From positions 9,238,001 to 9,302,000 of the forward strand of contig OZ116708.1 in assembly GCA_964199315.1 (NCBI GenBank): a stretch of 64,000 bases of DNA, written 5' to 3'. Positions 62,555 through 64,000 of this stretch are shown piece by piece; position 1 is the stretch's first letter; each line of letters begins with the position of its first letter. A program made the translations under genes and the position numbers. The DNA comes from Orbicella franksi. Lineage: Eukaryota. Under the pieces are notes generated by a model, which did no database searches, was not told where the DNA came from, and worked only from the letters and a program-made list of their open reading frames with translations.

Positions 62555-63152
62555 ATGCTTGCAAAGCTGTGGATATTTTCGCTCTTCTGTTTGACCTATG
62601 GAAGTTGTGCCAACTTGAGAAAATCTTTCCAGGAAGTGAACGGCACTGTCATTGGTAACCGCACCTTCAATCCCGCAGATGGTCCATACCTGGTGACAAG
62701 TGACTTGGTTGTTGCCCACAATGCAACTCTTACCATAGAAGCAGGTAGTGAAGTGCTTTTCGTTCCAACCGTAGGGCTTCGTGTTCACGGATCTTTACGC
62801 GCAAGGGGAACGCATTCAAATAGAATAACGTTTCGTGCACTTCCTTGTAATGAAACAGTTCTTTGCAACAACACCAACCTAGGCAGATTCTACAACCCTG
62901 GGATTAGGCTTGCTGGTGGCACCTCTCCCAGCAACGGTCGCTTGGAGCTAAAATGGAAGGGACAGTGGGGAACTATATGTAACTACTATTGGGATTACAG
63001 AGACACTGCAGTGGCTTGTAGACAACTTGGCTTCCTCGGAGCTAAGAGGTATTACACATATCCCGGAAGTGGCCCCGTCTACATGAGGGATGTGAGCTGT
63101 AATGGACAGGAAGAAAGTCTCTGGGATTGTGGCTACAATTGGCGTTCGTGCT
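62555..63152 (+). CDS. First coding exon of a secreted/membrane SRCR protein with an N-terminal bark-beetle/Anakonda-like beta-rich region; gene runs beyond the window
   Basis: Acceptor TTTCAG|62487. Signal peptide MLAKLWIFSLFCLTYGSCA. The segment GPYLVTSDLVV..TLTIEAG.EVLF.P.VGL.VHGSL.A.GT..RITF precedes an SRCR domain (IRLAGG..GRLE..WGTIC...AVACRQLGF...VSCNG.E.SLWDC). Donor T|GTGAGT at 63153. Confidence 0.85.
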
Positions 63153-63488
63153 GTGAGTTATCTTTAGTCTTAACCTTTAGGAACTGGTGTTGATAGTCAC
63201 TTTCAAAAGCCACATTATCTTCCGCTAAAATGAAGAAACTCAAAAAGTTAGGAAATATTTACCTCATTCTGTTTGTTGTTGCTGCATGTTTGAAGCTTTT
63301 CGAATTAAACGTGAAATTAACAAAGAAAAGATCAGAAGATCGTGACGCACAAAACAGTGGTAGCTTGCAGAACAGCTCACGATTGAAGTCAAATATTAAA
63401 CACGTAAATGAATTGCTGTGTTCTTATTTTTCAGCCTCGAAATGGTGATATACCAAATAAGATTTTTTTCTTTCGTAAACGGCTAGTA

Positions 63489-63640
63489 GACCAATTTCGA
63501 TATATTAAAATTCAGCCTAAAACAATAAAACTCAGGACGAGGCTCTGGGGAAAAACTACAGAGTGTGTCGGCTTTGTTCCCCAGAGCCTTGTACTGAGGT
63601 CTATTGTGTTGGACTGAATTTTAATACATCAAAATTGGTC
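63489..63640. mobile_element. Short palindromic MITE in the SRCR gene intron
   Basis: GACCAATTTCGATATATTAAAATTCAG ... CTGAATTTTAATACATCAAAATTGGTC. Confidence 0.7.
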
Positions 63641-64000
63641 TTTTGAAGAAAAGTTCATGCAATGTCCTCCTAGTTCTTTACGAGTGCCTTGAGTTTTTCC
63701 AGGACATCACCAAAGATCAACTAAACCGTACATGGTTTAAGCAACAATAAAATGCCTTGTCAATTCTTTGAGATAATATAAATCTTCCACAAGTCCTGAT
63801 TTACAACCAGTTGAAATGAATTGAATAATAAACCTGCAATATTGGTGAGGTACGGAAAAATGAACACAAACCGAGGTTATAGCTCGTAACGAGACTAATT
63901 GGTTTTCTAGCCAGTCCGGCGTTTTCTCTTAGAGCCCTCCCAGAAGTCATAACCTTTGTTTGAGTGAGATATATTTAAAACTCTCCGTATTGTTAGTTTG

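Overview
This is eukaryotic, AT-rich, intron-containing DNA. Its repeat families, gene content and splice signals point to an anthozoan, most likely a stony coral (inference). There are no prokaryotic features, CRISPR arrays, rRNA genes or intact tRNA genes. I built the gene models by hand from GT-AG sites, exon phases and open frames. Left to right: (A) a minus-strand type I membrane protein, 15135->5950, about 807 aa, with an acidic 24-aa-repeat exon; (S1, S2) two paralogous secreted proteins (signal peptide + coiled coil + Cys-containing globular domain) in a head-to-head inverted duplication; (B) a second minus-strand type I membrane protein, 36150->28462, about 977 aa; SLC35A2, head-to-head with B; an intronless TPR-like protein with an HPD/J-like tail; a possible small MGxC protein; and the first coding exon of a bark-beetle-like SRCR protein whose promoter and non-coding exon 1 are duplicated. 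The best candidate for an undescribed system is the A-S1-S2-B block. A and B have unalignable ectodomains but share a split-Trp phase-2 intron after the TM helix, a repeated cytoplasmic motif (IK...[RK]xSLAxx[IL]xxAKxxI) and a CLC motif near the C-terminus. S1 and S2 differ mainly in a few discrete patches. Many transposon relics fill the gaps (R4/Dong LINE, DIRS, Crypton/DUF3504, hAT, PIF/Harbinger, TA-flanked MITEs, tRNA-derived SINEs). No database search or expression data were available, so novelty and function are hypotheses.
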